This document shows, one piece after another, positions 1-13,174 of a DNA stretch of 64,000 nucleotides. The stretch lies in contig NC_069004.1 in the NCBI RefSeq assembly GCF_001194135.2, forward strand, positions 31,536,775 to 31,600,774, in the 5' to 3' direction. Each line of letters starts with the position of its first letter. Within the stretch, counting starts at the first letter, position 1. Below the pieces are notes generated by a model that saw only the letters and a program-made list of their open reading frames with translations, was not told the DNA's origin and ran no database searches. Made by a program: the position numbers and the translations under genes. This stretch comes from Octopus bimaculoides. Its lineage: Eukaryota.

Positions 1-283
1 CAATCAGAAAAATGAAATATATTCCAGATAAATTATTCCCACATCCACACACACAGACTATAAAAGTATAGAGGCATGTCTTTCTCTCACTTTCCCTCCT
101 ACGTGCTATCAATCTCATCACTCTCTCATATCTGCCATTGAGGGCCTCCTCCTCACTACATCAGTCCTTACATATCTCTGACATCCATCTCTGTCACTGT
201 ACATATATCTCTCTCTTTCTTTCTTTTGCCTCCCCACTCTCCCAAAATTTCCCATCCTAGTATGCAACACACACACACACACA

Positions 284-495
284 TGAGGGGGGGGGGGCTG
301 AAAAGTTTCTGGCTTTGTGTAAAAGAAAATACAAGAGGAGCAGTTAATTATGATTTTATTCAACCTCAGATTCACACATTCATTGCAAGCGGTCCTTCAG
401 TTTTTCAAAGTCCTGTATAAGAACCTGAAGGTTGGGCCTCCAACAGAACCCTTCACGATACCCTTAAAGCTAGGAACTTTTCATCACCCACCTCA
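284..495. mobile_element. Mariner-type MITE
   Basis: ~30-bp TIRs (TGAGGGG..GAAAAGTT.CTGGCTTT) with a second copy at 13183-13398. Confidence 0.7.
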
Positions 496-502
496 TATAC
501 AT

Positions 503-848
503 TCTTTTATTTGTTTCAGTAATTTGACTGCGGCCATGCTGGAGCATCGCCTTTAGTTGAACAAATCAACCCCAAGACTTATTCTTTGTAAGCCTCGTAC
601 TTATTCTATCAGGGCTCTTTTGCCAAACTGCTAAGTTACAGGGACATAAACACACCAGCATCGGTTGTCAAGTGATGGTGGGGGGACAGGGAACAAACAC
701 AGATACACAAACATACACACACACATACAACGGGCTTCTTTCAGTTTCAGTCTACCAAATCCACTCACAAGGCTTTGGTCGGCCTGAGGATATAGTAGAG
801 GACACTTGCCCAAGGTGCCACACAGTGGAACTGAACCTAGAACCATGT
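503..848 (-). mobile_element. tRNA-headed SINE family A (about 400 bp, internal TA/TG microsatellite)
   Basis: Shares the GGTTCAGTCCCACTG...TGGCACCTTGGGCAAGTGTC...GATTTGGTAGACGGAAACTGAAAGAAGCCC core with many copies in the window. Confidence 0.85.
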
Positions 849-889
849 GTATATCCCCCAGGGTCAATAAAATCAAATCATGTGTTTAC

Positions 890-1060
890 CTTGTGGGGTC
901 GTCCAATGAAAGGATTGTTGCCACATCTCTGGGCTATGACGTCACGGATCAAGTGTTTCTGACCGTTATAGGTGGTCAGTATGGAGATCTTCTCAGCTGG
1001 GTAACCTAGTAACCTCATGTACATAAACACAGCCACGGTATACTCAGCCTCTGCCAGGTT
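890..1060 (-). CDS. AQR: AQR exon 33 ([40 protein letters not shown]...GRPHK)
   Basis: 171 nt, contains [11 protein letters not shown]; donor AAG|GTAAAC. Confidence 0.98.
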
Positions 1061-1584
1061 CTATGATGACAAGACAGAGAAAGAAAGGATTAAATGTAAA
1101 TAATAAAAAAATTAAAAATTGAAATAAAAATAAAATGTCTGCTTCTAAAATTGTGCATTTTCTATAAATTTATGATAACATAATGGTAAACCAATGCCTA
1201 GCAGTCCATGTAAATCTAAATATGTCCAAAATTCCTGTCAAGTATGAAACAGAATTTCTCCTCTGATTTGGTTTTATCATTATGGACATTTGGATAATTT
1301 ATGGAGTGTATTTGGGAAAAGGTACACCCACAAAATTCCTGGAAGAGTTGGCATTCCAGGAAAAATATCTGACCAAGAGCAATGCCTCAGAAATCCTGAC
1401 CAACCCATACCAGCATGGAAAAACTGATGTAAAATGATGACGGCAATGGTAGTGGTGGTGATTGAGATGAGGATGAGGATGATGGTGATGGTGGTGGTGA
1501 TGGTGATGGTGGTGGTGGTGGTGATGACGACACTGATGATGATGATAATGATGACGGTGGTAATAACGACGCTGATGCTGGAGG

Positions 1585-1615
<31 letters not shown>

Positions 1616-4055
1616 GGTGGTGATAATGATGGTGATGGTGATAATGGTGGTGGTGGTGATGATGACTGATGATGATGGTGATAGTGATGACGATGGTGGT
1701 GGTGATGATAATGATGGTGATGGTGATAATGGTGGTGGTGGCGATGACGACGCTGATGATGATGATGGTGATAGTGATGACGACGGTGGTGGTGATGATC
1801 ACCTGAAACATCTACTCTCACCTGATAGAAAAATGGGTTCGGCTCTGATTCGCCGACACCGTTGAAGTCTTGTACATCGACAAGCTGGTAGTCGTAGACA
1901 AATCCTGCGTTGGCCATTTGGAACTCTGGTGAAACCAAAACATGAGGCAGATTGCCAAGTTTGCGGTACCTCCAGTTATACAGGTTACTCAAGCTGCCAA
2001 AAGAAAAGACATGGAAATTTTTAGCAAGAATCCAAGGAAACTAGTGGTGATGGTTCCTGCAACAGAACAAAAAAAAAAAAACAATTGGGAAATAATATTC
2101 ACAAATATAAAGAAGGGGCAGGAATAGCTGTGAAGTTAAGAAGTTTGCTTCCCAACCGCATGGTTCTGGGTTCAGTCCCACTGCGTGGCACCTTGGGCAT
2201 GTGTATTCTACTATAGCCTCGGACCGACCAAAGCCTTGTGAGTGGATTTGGTAGACGGAAACTGAAAGAAACCTGTCGTATATATGTATATATATATATA
2301 TATGTATATATNNNNNNNNNNNNNNNNNNNNNNNNNNNNNNNNNNNNNNNNNNNNNNNNNNNNNNNNNNNNNNNNNNNNNNNNNNNNNNNNNNNNNNNNN
2401 NNNNNNNNNNNNNNNNNNNNNNNNNNNNNNNNNNNNNNNNNNNNNNNNNNNNNNNNNNNNNNNNNNNNNNNNNNNNNNNNNNNNNNNNNNNNNNNNNNNN
2501 NNNNNNNNNNNNNNNNNNNNNNNNNNNNNNNNNNNNNNNNNNNNNNNNNNNNNNNNNNNNNNNNNNNNNNNNNNNNNNNNNNNNNNNNNNNNNNNNNNNN
2601 NNNNNNNNNNNNNNNNNNNNNNNNNNNNNNNNNNNNNNNNNNNNNNNNNNNNNNNNNNNNNNNNNNNNNNNNNNNNNNNNNNNNNNNNNNNNNNNNNNNN
2701 NNNNNNNNNNNNNNNNNNNNNNNNNNNNNNNNNNNNNNNNNNNNNNNNNNNNNNNNNNNNNNNNNNNNNNGGTCACCAATCATGATCCAGCGTTTCAATC
2801 GATTCAGACCGTCTTCGGGATTCTGAAAGAATTTGTGGAGAAACAGTGATAGTCAGGGATTAGTGTGATGAAGAACCAGTTAGGAATTGTTAAACACCTC
2901 AACCCGAAATCAGGTCCCAGAACCAAACCAATGATGGAACTGTCTTTACATTTTCATTAATCCTTTAGCAATATAAACCAACAATATCTGGCCAAAATAA
3001 TCTACTTGTTTTATTTTCAAACTAGCCAGATCCAGCCTCTCACACTTACCCTACAATATTATTCTACAAATAAACAATTACATCATTGAAATCTCAAAGC
3101 TATGAGATAATGCAGGATTAATTCAAAACAATGTGAATAAATAAGAATCACATTTGACAGAAAAATCTGAATACTAAAAGGTTAAACTTGCAAGAAATAG
3201 CAGCTCTTTTTGCCTCAAATTACAACGTTCTGTCTTGAAACAAGAAGACATTGGATAATGGAGTCCTAGGTACATCATCATTTAATGACTGTATTCCATG
3301 CTGGTATAAGTTGGGCAGTTTGACAGGATCCGACTAGCAAGAGGGAGGCATTAGGCTCCATTGTCTGTTTTGGCCTGGTTTCTGCAGTTGGATGCCCTCC
3401 CTAATGCCAACCAGCATACAGAGTGTACTGGGTGCTTTTTTGCATGGCACCAGCATCAGTGAGGTTGCTGTATAACTTGCAAGACAACAAAAGTCTCCTT
3501 TGACTGTGGGGGAGGGAGCATAGTAAAGAAGCAGGTGGTTTCATGCTGGGTGTTGAGAGGCTGATGTATAATAGAGGGACAGGCAGAGATGTCTTGCTGT
3601 AAGAGGAGATACAGGGCTGCTCTGCATTGAATAAGGGTAGATGGGAGTAGCTGGAAAGACAAAGAAAGACCCTCAAGTGATGGGGTGGGGTAGTAGAGAG
3701 GGCAGTGGCTTTGTGCTGGGTGTTGAGAGGCTAAAACAACAGTAGCAGAGAAAGAGCCGAGGTGGGTGGGGTTGTGCTCAATTTGCTAAAAATAGCAGCC
3801 AATTCTCCTGTAAATCATAATCTTCTGTCTTTAAACAGAAAAAAACGCATTAATGTAGTCTCAGATGCACTATGCCCAAATAACAAGTGGGAGGGTCACA
3901 TCTGGAGCACCTTTATTCATTAGGTCTAATTTAAAGCAAACGATAATAGAATAAAAAGCCTTTACAGAGTCACTCAAACTGCTAGAAATAGCAGTCAAAT
4001 CTCTTGCACTCTCTTTCACTTTACATACACCCTTAGCCACACTCATACTATCTGA

Positions 4056-4087
<32 letters not shown>

Positions 4088-4812
4088 TATACATATACTC
4101 ACATATACACACACACACACACTGTAATTACCTGAAGCAACAATGGTATGAATGTTTCGATTTCAAGAATTTGTGCCGCTTCCTCCATTAAGATATTGTC
4201 AAACTGAAATAAAAATAAATAAGAATTTCATAACAACAACCTCAACAACAATAACAGTTCTTTCTAGTACAGGTACAAGGCTTGAAATCTTCGGGGTGGG
4301 CACGCTAACGATTCTGCCAGCTTGCTTAGCAATAACAATAAAAACAACAACAACAACAACAACCCTTTCTACTCTAGGCACAAGGCCTGAAATTGGGGGA
4401 GGGGGGTTGTCGATTACATTGACCCCAGTACTCAACTGGTACTTGATTTATTGACCCTGAGAGGATGAAAGGCAAAGTCGACCTTGGTGGAATTTGAGCT
4501 CAGAGCACGGTGAAGGACGACATGCCGCTAAGCATTTTGCCCAGCGTGCTAACGATTCTGCCAGCTCACTGCCCTAATAATAATAACGATAATGATAATG
4601 ATGCTTTCTACTGTAATCACAAGGCCTGAAACTTGAGGGGAGGGGTTAGTCAATTACATCGGTCCCAGTATTTAACTGGTACTTATTTCCTCGACCCCGA
4701 AAGGATGAAAGGCAAAGCTGACCTAGACGAAATTTGAACTCAGAATGTAGCGACAGGCGAAATACTGCTAAGCATTTCGCCCGGCATGCTAACCATTCTG
4801 CCAGCTTGCCAC

Positions 4813-4887
<75 letters not shown>

Positions 4888-6460
4888 GGAGCCTCCAGCA
4901 TGGTCCCTCACTACACTATAAAAATCAGTAAAAGACAAACTAATTAGAGAGTCTTTATAATTGTCATTTAACCTGCTAGAAACAGCAGCCAAACTTCCCT
5001 TCAGTCCCGCCTGTCCGTCTATTTTTGATAATAGGTTTGCTAACCAGGACAGGATTGATATAACACTCAAGATCAAACACTGCAAATGCTGTTACTGGCA
5101 TAAACACAACAGCAACAGTAACAACAGCAAGACAGAAGGAGGAAAATAATGTTTATTAATGTGCACTTTACCTTAAATCCGACTTGGACGAGGTCTCTGC
5201 GTTTCAATGCTGCATGGGTGCAGGTCATTGCAATGATTTTGGCTTCTTTTATCAACAAGTAGTCTGCACGGTCGGCGCCGCTGCGCAACAACTCGAATGC
5301 ACGGAATTCCTGGAGGTTGCCATAAGAGAGAGAGAGAGAGAGAGAAAGAGAAAAGAAAGAGAAAAACTGTTACTTGGCTGACCTTTTTGCATCTGTGACG
5401 ATATATCTGGTTCGCCCAACCACATTCTCACTGCCCTTACATTCCATAGTAACAATCCCCTCAACACCATCTTGTGAACCTGTTAGCATCAGACATTAGA
5501 AGAAGAAGAAGAAGGAGAAGAAGAAGAAGAAGAAGGAGGAGGAGGAGGAGGAGGAGGAGAAGAAGAAGAAGAAGAAGAAGAAGAAGAAGAAGAAGAAGAA
5601 GAATAAAACGAAGAACGCAACGACCACCATCACCACCAGCAACATTGCTACTGGTGTCACCAATGCCACCACCACACTCACCCACAACCCTACCTTTGCC
5701 TATTACATCTCTGGTGAAAGACAGCTTTTGCTTCAATTAATTTTGGAAATAACGAAGAATTTAGGAAAATCTCTTTTGTCGTAATTAATCTGGTGTTCGA
5801 AACATAAATTAACAGGAAATTTTGAAGGTTTTAATTTAAATCACTTTAACCCTTCATCTAAAGAAAAGATATTGAAATAAAGAAATAAGGTTTATTCACC
5901 TCCAACTGTGTGAAGATCTTCTTGATATGTCTGAAACAACCTTTAGCAATGTCCAGATCTTTCTGGAATGATTCTGTGGTGAACAACGGCTGAGGGGCAT
6001 TGCTGAAGAATTTGGTAAACGGGAACAGGTCTTTCACAATTGTCAGGTTATTCTCCTGAGTACCAGATGGTAAAAATAGAGTAAATAAATAAAATAAATA
6101 TTTCAGTCTAATAACTGAAACAAACAAAAAATAAAAGGACATAAAAGAGCGTTGTAACATTGAAGTTTGCTTGAAGCATTGTAACATCGAAGACAGTAAA
6201 AAAAAGAAAGAGAGAAAATAGAAAGCTTCTGACAATGTAGAAAGTTTTATAAAACCTTTATATTTCAGGTGCAAAGACCCATCTTCAGAAGGAAAACATT
6301 CTGGGAAATGTTCAGTTATGCAGGTTCCGTTAACCCATTCAAATCCCCTATTGTTATATGGATTAATGGAACTTGCATAACTGGACATTCCCCAGAGACT
6401 GACTTTTTGCATTGTCACATGCTTTCTATTTTCTTTCTCTTTTTTTTTTTTATCTAAAAG

Positions 6461-6507
<47 letters not shown>

Positions 6508-6547
6508 NNNNNNNNNNNNNNNNNNNNNNNNNNNNNNNNNNNNNNNN

Positions 6548-6593
<46 letters not shown>

Positions 6594-7094
6594 TTTATAT
6601 ATACAGTTATATAATAATTTCCAAATACAATTTAATAAGAATTTCTCAGTTTTCTTTTTATGAAAAAATACCCCAAAATTATGTGGGCATCATATTATAT
6701 AATCTTGTAAAGCCACAATTAAATGTCACAGAAATAATACAACAAATACTAAAAGAACAGTCATTTGACCATAGAACTGACCTGGTACTAAACTATAACA
6801 GCAGTAGCAGCAGCAGAAGCAATTCTGTCACATTTAGATAACCAGCTTTTGACCAAAGGTCAGTTCATTTAGGACTGACCTGGTACTAAACAGCAACAAC
6901 AAAATATGTCAGAGGGAAAGGAAAAAAATAAAATAAATAAAACAAGTGGAAGACAACCAACCTTTGATTCTGCATTTGTGATTTTACTTTCAAATTCTTC
7001 CCATCGTGCCAAAACCTGAAGAATTTAGGAAAGAGGGAATGGTTATTGGTTGGAGAAAATACGACAAGGGTTTTGTGTATGACATGACAAATAT

Positions 7095-7140
<46 letters not shown>

Positions 7141-10100
7141 CATCATCGTCGTTTAATGTCCGCTTTCCATGCTGGCATGGGTTGGCCGGTTTGACTGAGG
7201 ATTGGCGAGCCAGAAGGCTGTACCAGGCTCCAATCTGATCTGGCAAAGTTTCTACAGCTAGATGCCCTTCCTAACACCAACCACTTCAAGAGTGTAGTGG
7301 GTGCTTTTATGGGCCACCGGCATGGGAGCCAGCCAGGTAACTCTGTCGTTGGCCATGCTCAAATGGTGCTTTCTACGAGCCACTGCCACGGGTTCCAGTC
7401 AGGCGGCACTGGTATCGGTCATGACTACAATTTCACTCAGTTCAACAGGTCTTCACAAACTATAAATAAGAGCTAAAAATCCTTAGAGACGAAAATGTGC
7501 TTTGTTGCAGCTCTAAGGGTTTTTAACTCTTATTTCTAGCAATGCAGGTGCTGCCACCCAGCCCCCTCAGTCACAGCTAGTGACAACTGAATTTTTCTTT
7601 TCTGGTTTTATATTGCATATAGCTGCCTTCATTGTTTTATACATATATACGTGTGTGTGTGTGTGTGTGTGTATTCCTGTAAGTGTGTATGTGTGCACAC
7701 ACATTTACATGGAAACAATTACAGTAAAAGAAAGTTTAAAATGTAACCCATATTTTAAAAAATGCTGGTAATGAACACACATTACTAAGGTCAAAGTTCA
7801 ACTCACCTGGTACAGGTAAAAATATCCAGCTGTTTCACAGGTGTATGACATATCACACTGGACATTTAAACTCTCCTGCAGTCGTGCCACTTCATCAAGC
7901 AGCTCCAGTCGCTGCGCGAGGACGTAATTAACACGGCCATACCTGTCGGATTTAACAACACATGTTAACACCATATTTGTATTGATACCTGTGTAAATTG
8001 ACCATGTTCAGCTTAAATATCCCACCTGTTTTATGCTCAAGCCAACTAAACCTTGCCTCTCACACTGACCCTACAATGTCATTCTAAAAATAAACACTAT
8101 GAGATAATGCTTGATTAATTACCGTGCAAATAATGCTTGATTAATTACCGTGCAAATAAATAAGCATTACATTTAACGAAATATTCTAAATGTTAATGGG
8201 TTACCGAACGATATTAATTACATTATATGTAATTATATATTCTTTTATTTGGTTCAGTCATTTGACTATGGCCATGCTGGAGCGCCGCCTTTAGTCAAAC
8301 AAATCGACCCCAGGACTCATTCTTTGCAAGTCTAGTACTTTTTCTATTGCTCTCTGTTGCCATGGTATCAGCAGTGTTGTGGTTGCAGTTGTTTAACCAG
8401 CCATACTCGGCCAAAATATTCTGTCTGTTCTATATTCAACTGGTCAGCTCTGGCCTCTTACACCTATCCTATGTCATTCCAAAAATAAACAAACAACACA
8501 TACTCTTTTACTTGTTTCAGTCTTTTGACTGTGGCCATGCTGGAGCACCGCCTTTTAGTCGAGCAAATCGACCCCAGGACTTATTCTTTAGAAGCCTAGT
8601 ACTTATTCTATCGATCTCTTTTGCCGAACCGCTAAGTTACGGGGACATAAACACACCAGCATCGGTTGTCAAGCGATGTTGGGGGGACAAACACACACAT
8701 ACAAACATACACACACACATACATATATATATACATATATACGACGGGCTTCTTTCAGTTTCCGTCTACCAAATCCACTCACAAGGCTTTGGTCGGCCCG
8801 AGGCTATAGTAGAAGACACTTGCCCAAGATGCCGTGCAGTGGGACTGAACCCGGGACCATGTGGTTGGTAAGCTAGCTACTTACCACACAGCCACTCCTA
8901 CGCCTATCATCAAAATTTCAAAACTATGAGATAATGCATGATTAATTTAAAACAATAAACATTACATTTGGCAGAATAATCTGAATGCTAAAAGGGTTAA
9001 TGTCCGTTTTCCATGCTGGTATGGGTTTAATTCCAGCCGCTTTACAGCGGTGGTGATGGCAACGGCCATGACGATGATGATCCAGCCATAGAAACTATGC
9101 AAAAGCTGACAACACAGCTTGCTGGATCCACTCAAACTGTCCGGCCCATGCCAGTACGGAAAGGTGGACATTAACACAACGATGACAATGGCAAAGACGC
9201 CGACGGCAACAAGACTTACAAATACCAACAACAACAATGAACATATATTGGAGTCAGACCTGCTGTAATCTTTCTCAGTCTCCAGTGCCTCTTCTCCGTG
9301 ACCCAGTCGAAGCAAATGGCGCTCGTCTATGTCCAATGCAATGATTTTCTCAAAAAGCTGATTGAGGGCCTACAAGAGAAAAAAACAGTAACAAACACAT
9401 TGTGCTATTCCAAACGTATTGTATGTCATATGCAGCGGGTGGTGGTCAAGGGTGGGGGAAGATGGGTTGTGGAGAGGTTTTGCATGGGGGAGGAACAGAT
9501 TGTGGTGGTGGTGGGGACACGGCCATGAAGGACATACCTGTATGTACGGATGGCCTCAATTTTACTTAGCTGGGTGTGTCTTCACAAGCGCAGCAAATCA
9601 CCAGATGTCTCGGCCCCTTGTCATCTCGGTCAGTGAGGCTCAACATCTGAAAATCCTTTGTCATCCCTGCACCCTACATCTTCCAGGGTCTACCTCTTCT
9701 ACAGATTCCCTTCACAGTTAGAGATCAGCACTTCTTTACGCAGCTGCCCTCATCCATACGCATCACATGACCACACCAGTGCAGTCTTCTCTCTTGCACA
9801 CTACATCTGATGCCTCTTATACCCAAGTTTTCTCTCAAACTATTTACACTCTGCCGTACATGCACAATGACAATGCACATCCAGCAAAACATGCTGGCTT
9901 CATTTCTTTCAAGCCTACGCATGTCCTCTGCAGTCAATAGTCCATGTTTTGTTGCCATGTAGCATAGCTGTCTTTATACACAATCTGCCTTTCACTCTGA
10001 GGGTGAGTTCTATTCTGTGAGATGTCTGGCCATGAGGGAATATTCCATTGCTTGGAAACTGGTGCGGGTTAGTGACAGGAAGGGCATCCAACTGTAAAAA

Positions 10101-11222
10101 AGTCTACCTCAATAAACTCCATGCAGCTCAAGCAAGTATGGAGAAAGTGGATGCTAAAATGATGATGACGATGTTGATGATGACAACGATGATGACGATA
10201 GTGATGGTGAAGACGGCAATGGTGATGATGATAATGGCGATGATGATGGTGATGACGATGATGGTGATGATGATGATGGTGATGATGATGATGGTGATGA
10301 TGATGAAATATATACACACACAAGACAACAAGGTAACAAGACGTCCCTCTACTCACCTGGTTAGAATGAGTCACTATGAGTGTTCGCTGATCCGGAAAGT
10401 TGTGGTAAAGATTGGAAATGATCTGGACAGCCACATCTGTTTTACCAGTCCCTGGAGGTCCGACCACCATTGTTAAACCTGGTTGCATTCCGGCTCGGAT
10501 AGCCTCGATTTGCGTTGGTGTGAACGGCACAGTGTTCCTACGAGAACATAAATCACACACACATAATATATACAAGACAGAGATACTCAACCAGGGTTCG
10601 TATGACCCTTGTGAGGATGCCATTTAGGATTTTGTGGTTAAATTTTATCTGCAATAAATTGCTTATAAGTCTACAATACACAAAATATTTTAACGTTGTT
10701 TTATACAATTCCTAATAATGATGGGTGGATAAATTACAAGTTGTTACCTTTTCGGCTGACTGTAAGTGTAAGGGCCTCGATTTGGGATGATATGAGCTTC
10801 AGCGTTGACAGTGGATTTGGGGCCAGTTTTCTCTTCATTTGTGCTTCTCTCCAATGAAGAACTATCAGCCATCATGGTGAGTCTGTGGAGCATTGGCAAG
10901 AAAACAGACAAGACGTGGTATAAGCAATAGGTGACACACAGACAGACAAGGAAATATGTTATAGATTTAAAAACATGTATAATACAGGTGTGTACAGACA
11001 AATGTTGCAGGTGAGCAGGTATATTATTTCTTGTACACTTTCTGTTAAGTGCTTTCAGTCTTTAGACTGTGGCCATGCTGGGGCACCACAATGAAGGTTT
11101 TTTTTTTTTTTTAGTCGAATAAAATCAACCCCAGTACCTTTTTTTTCCATTGAAGCCTGGTACTTATTCTAATGCTTTTAGCTGAACTGGTGAGTCACTG
11201 GTGGTGAGGGACAAACACAAAG

Positions 11223-11261
<39 letters not shown>

Positions 11262-13136
11262 CTGTTGTGTCTGGGGAGAGTCATTCTCTTTTAATGCTTT
11301 ATAATTTAACACACTCACCAGTAAAATTTCCACTTATCTCTTTGAGATTTCAACGATGTGAATGTTTATTTTTAGAATGACATTGTAGGGTAAGTGTAAG
11401 AGGTCAGACCTGGCCAGTCTGAACATAAAACAGGCAGAATATTTGGACAGGATGTGGTCAGTTTAAATGCTAAAAGGTTAAACCTAAACAAACAAACCAA
11501 TGTAAAGAGGCCTGTATATATTTAAAGGGGCATCTCTCACCCACTCAAGGACCAGCCTGATTATGGGGGTTTTCTAAAAATAGAGACAAAGTCAACAATA
11601 CCTGAATGGTGGTTGAGGTTCAACCCCTTGCTTCTGGGGTTCAATAATCACTTCGGAATCAGGAAAACTCTCTTTCAGGTGGGGAGAACTGAGAAATGTG
11701 TCGTTCCAGTCCAGTGTTGGGATTTGGTTGGGCATCCTGGAGATGGGGGTGGTGGTGGTGGTGGTGAGAGGAGCAGAAGGAAAGAAAAAGATAAAAATAT
11801 ATGTAATTATTAGAATCAACAGGTTTTATTTATATCACGTAAAAGCACCCACTACATTCTCGGAGTGGTTGGCGTTAGGAAGGGCATCCAGCTGTAGAAA
11901 CTCTGCCAAATCAGATTGGAGCCTGGCGCAGTCATCTGGTTCATCAGTCCTCAGTCAAATCGTCCAACCCATGCTAGCATGGAAAGCGGACGTTAAACGA
12001 TGATGATGATGATGATGATATCAACATCGTCATCATTTTAAAATCAACTATTCTATGCTTGCCTGTGTTGGATGGAATTGGTCGAGGCTGATTTTTTTTA
12101 ACAGCTGAATGCCCTTCCTGTTGCCAACCCTCACTTGTTTCTAAGCGGGGGTAATATCTCCCCACCCCCATGGCTGGGTGGTGAAGTAATTATCCCATGA
12201 TGTCAAGACAAAGAGACACACACACATAAGCATACACTAAAACACACAACAGGATTCTTCTAGTTTCGATCAACTAAATCCCCTCAGAAGACTTTTGGTT
12301 GGCTCAGGGCCATAGCAGAAGACACTTGCCCAAATTGTCACACAGTGCGACTGGACCCAAATCCATCCTCATCCATGCGCATCACATGACCATACCAGTG
12401 CAGTCCCCTCTCTACATCTCATGCCTGCCTCATATACCCAATTTTTTTCTCAAATCCGTTACGCTCTGTCCTCCATGCACACTGACATTACCCATCTAGC
12501 AGAGCATGCCCGAGGGTTACATACAAATGGTGATAAAGGTTGGCAGGGAGGGGGGGGCACTTACTTAGAATAGTGAGCAGCATCAGGGCTTCCGTAACCC
12601 AGAATCAAGTCATGCAACCAATTCGGTACCACACAGTCTGTGTTCATCAAATCACGAATTGTCTCCAAAACAGCCTTGAAGTTGTTTTCTTTGGGTTTTC
12701 TTCTCATGATTACATTGAAGGTTTCGTACACATCCTAACAAGACAAAATCATAATTATTAGAAGTTATCATTATTGAGTGAGAGAGCAGTGCATGCCAAC
12801 AAAGTGACACTGGGGTAAGATATACAAAGCCCAGTATACCCATCATGACCACCCGTCTGATAAGGGTACACCAGGCGCATGTATCACAACCATATGTGCG
12901 CAGTATGGTAATCTCATATCAAGATAAACAACCCAGTTAGAATTTTCTTCAGGCTGAGTAGCCCATCTTGTTCAAAAGGTCCCTGAATAAGGACGCTATG
13001 TGTGTGTATGTATGTATGCCAAATTAGATTGGAGCCTGGTGTTGCCATCCGGTTTCACCAGTCCTCAGTCAAATCGTCCAACCCATGCTAGCATGGAAAG
13101 CGGACGTTAAACGATGATGATGATGATGATGAAATA

Positions 13137-13174
<38 letters not shown>

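Noticed and set aside
1299-1811. Poly-His/Thr/Met/Asp ORFs here and at 10048-10339, 41791-42417, 47429-47848, 54866-55346, 57532-58068
   Set aside because: These are translations of (CAT/CAC/GAT/GGT)n trinucleotide tracts inside introns or intergenic DNA, with no splice or homology support.
13040-13075. CTGAGGA...GAAAC on the minus strand in the RTE 3' UTR repeat as a second hammerhead
   Set aside because: Only 5 nt lie between the core halves with no helix II, and there is no helix I or III pairing.
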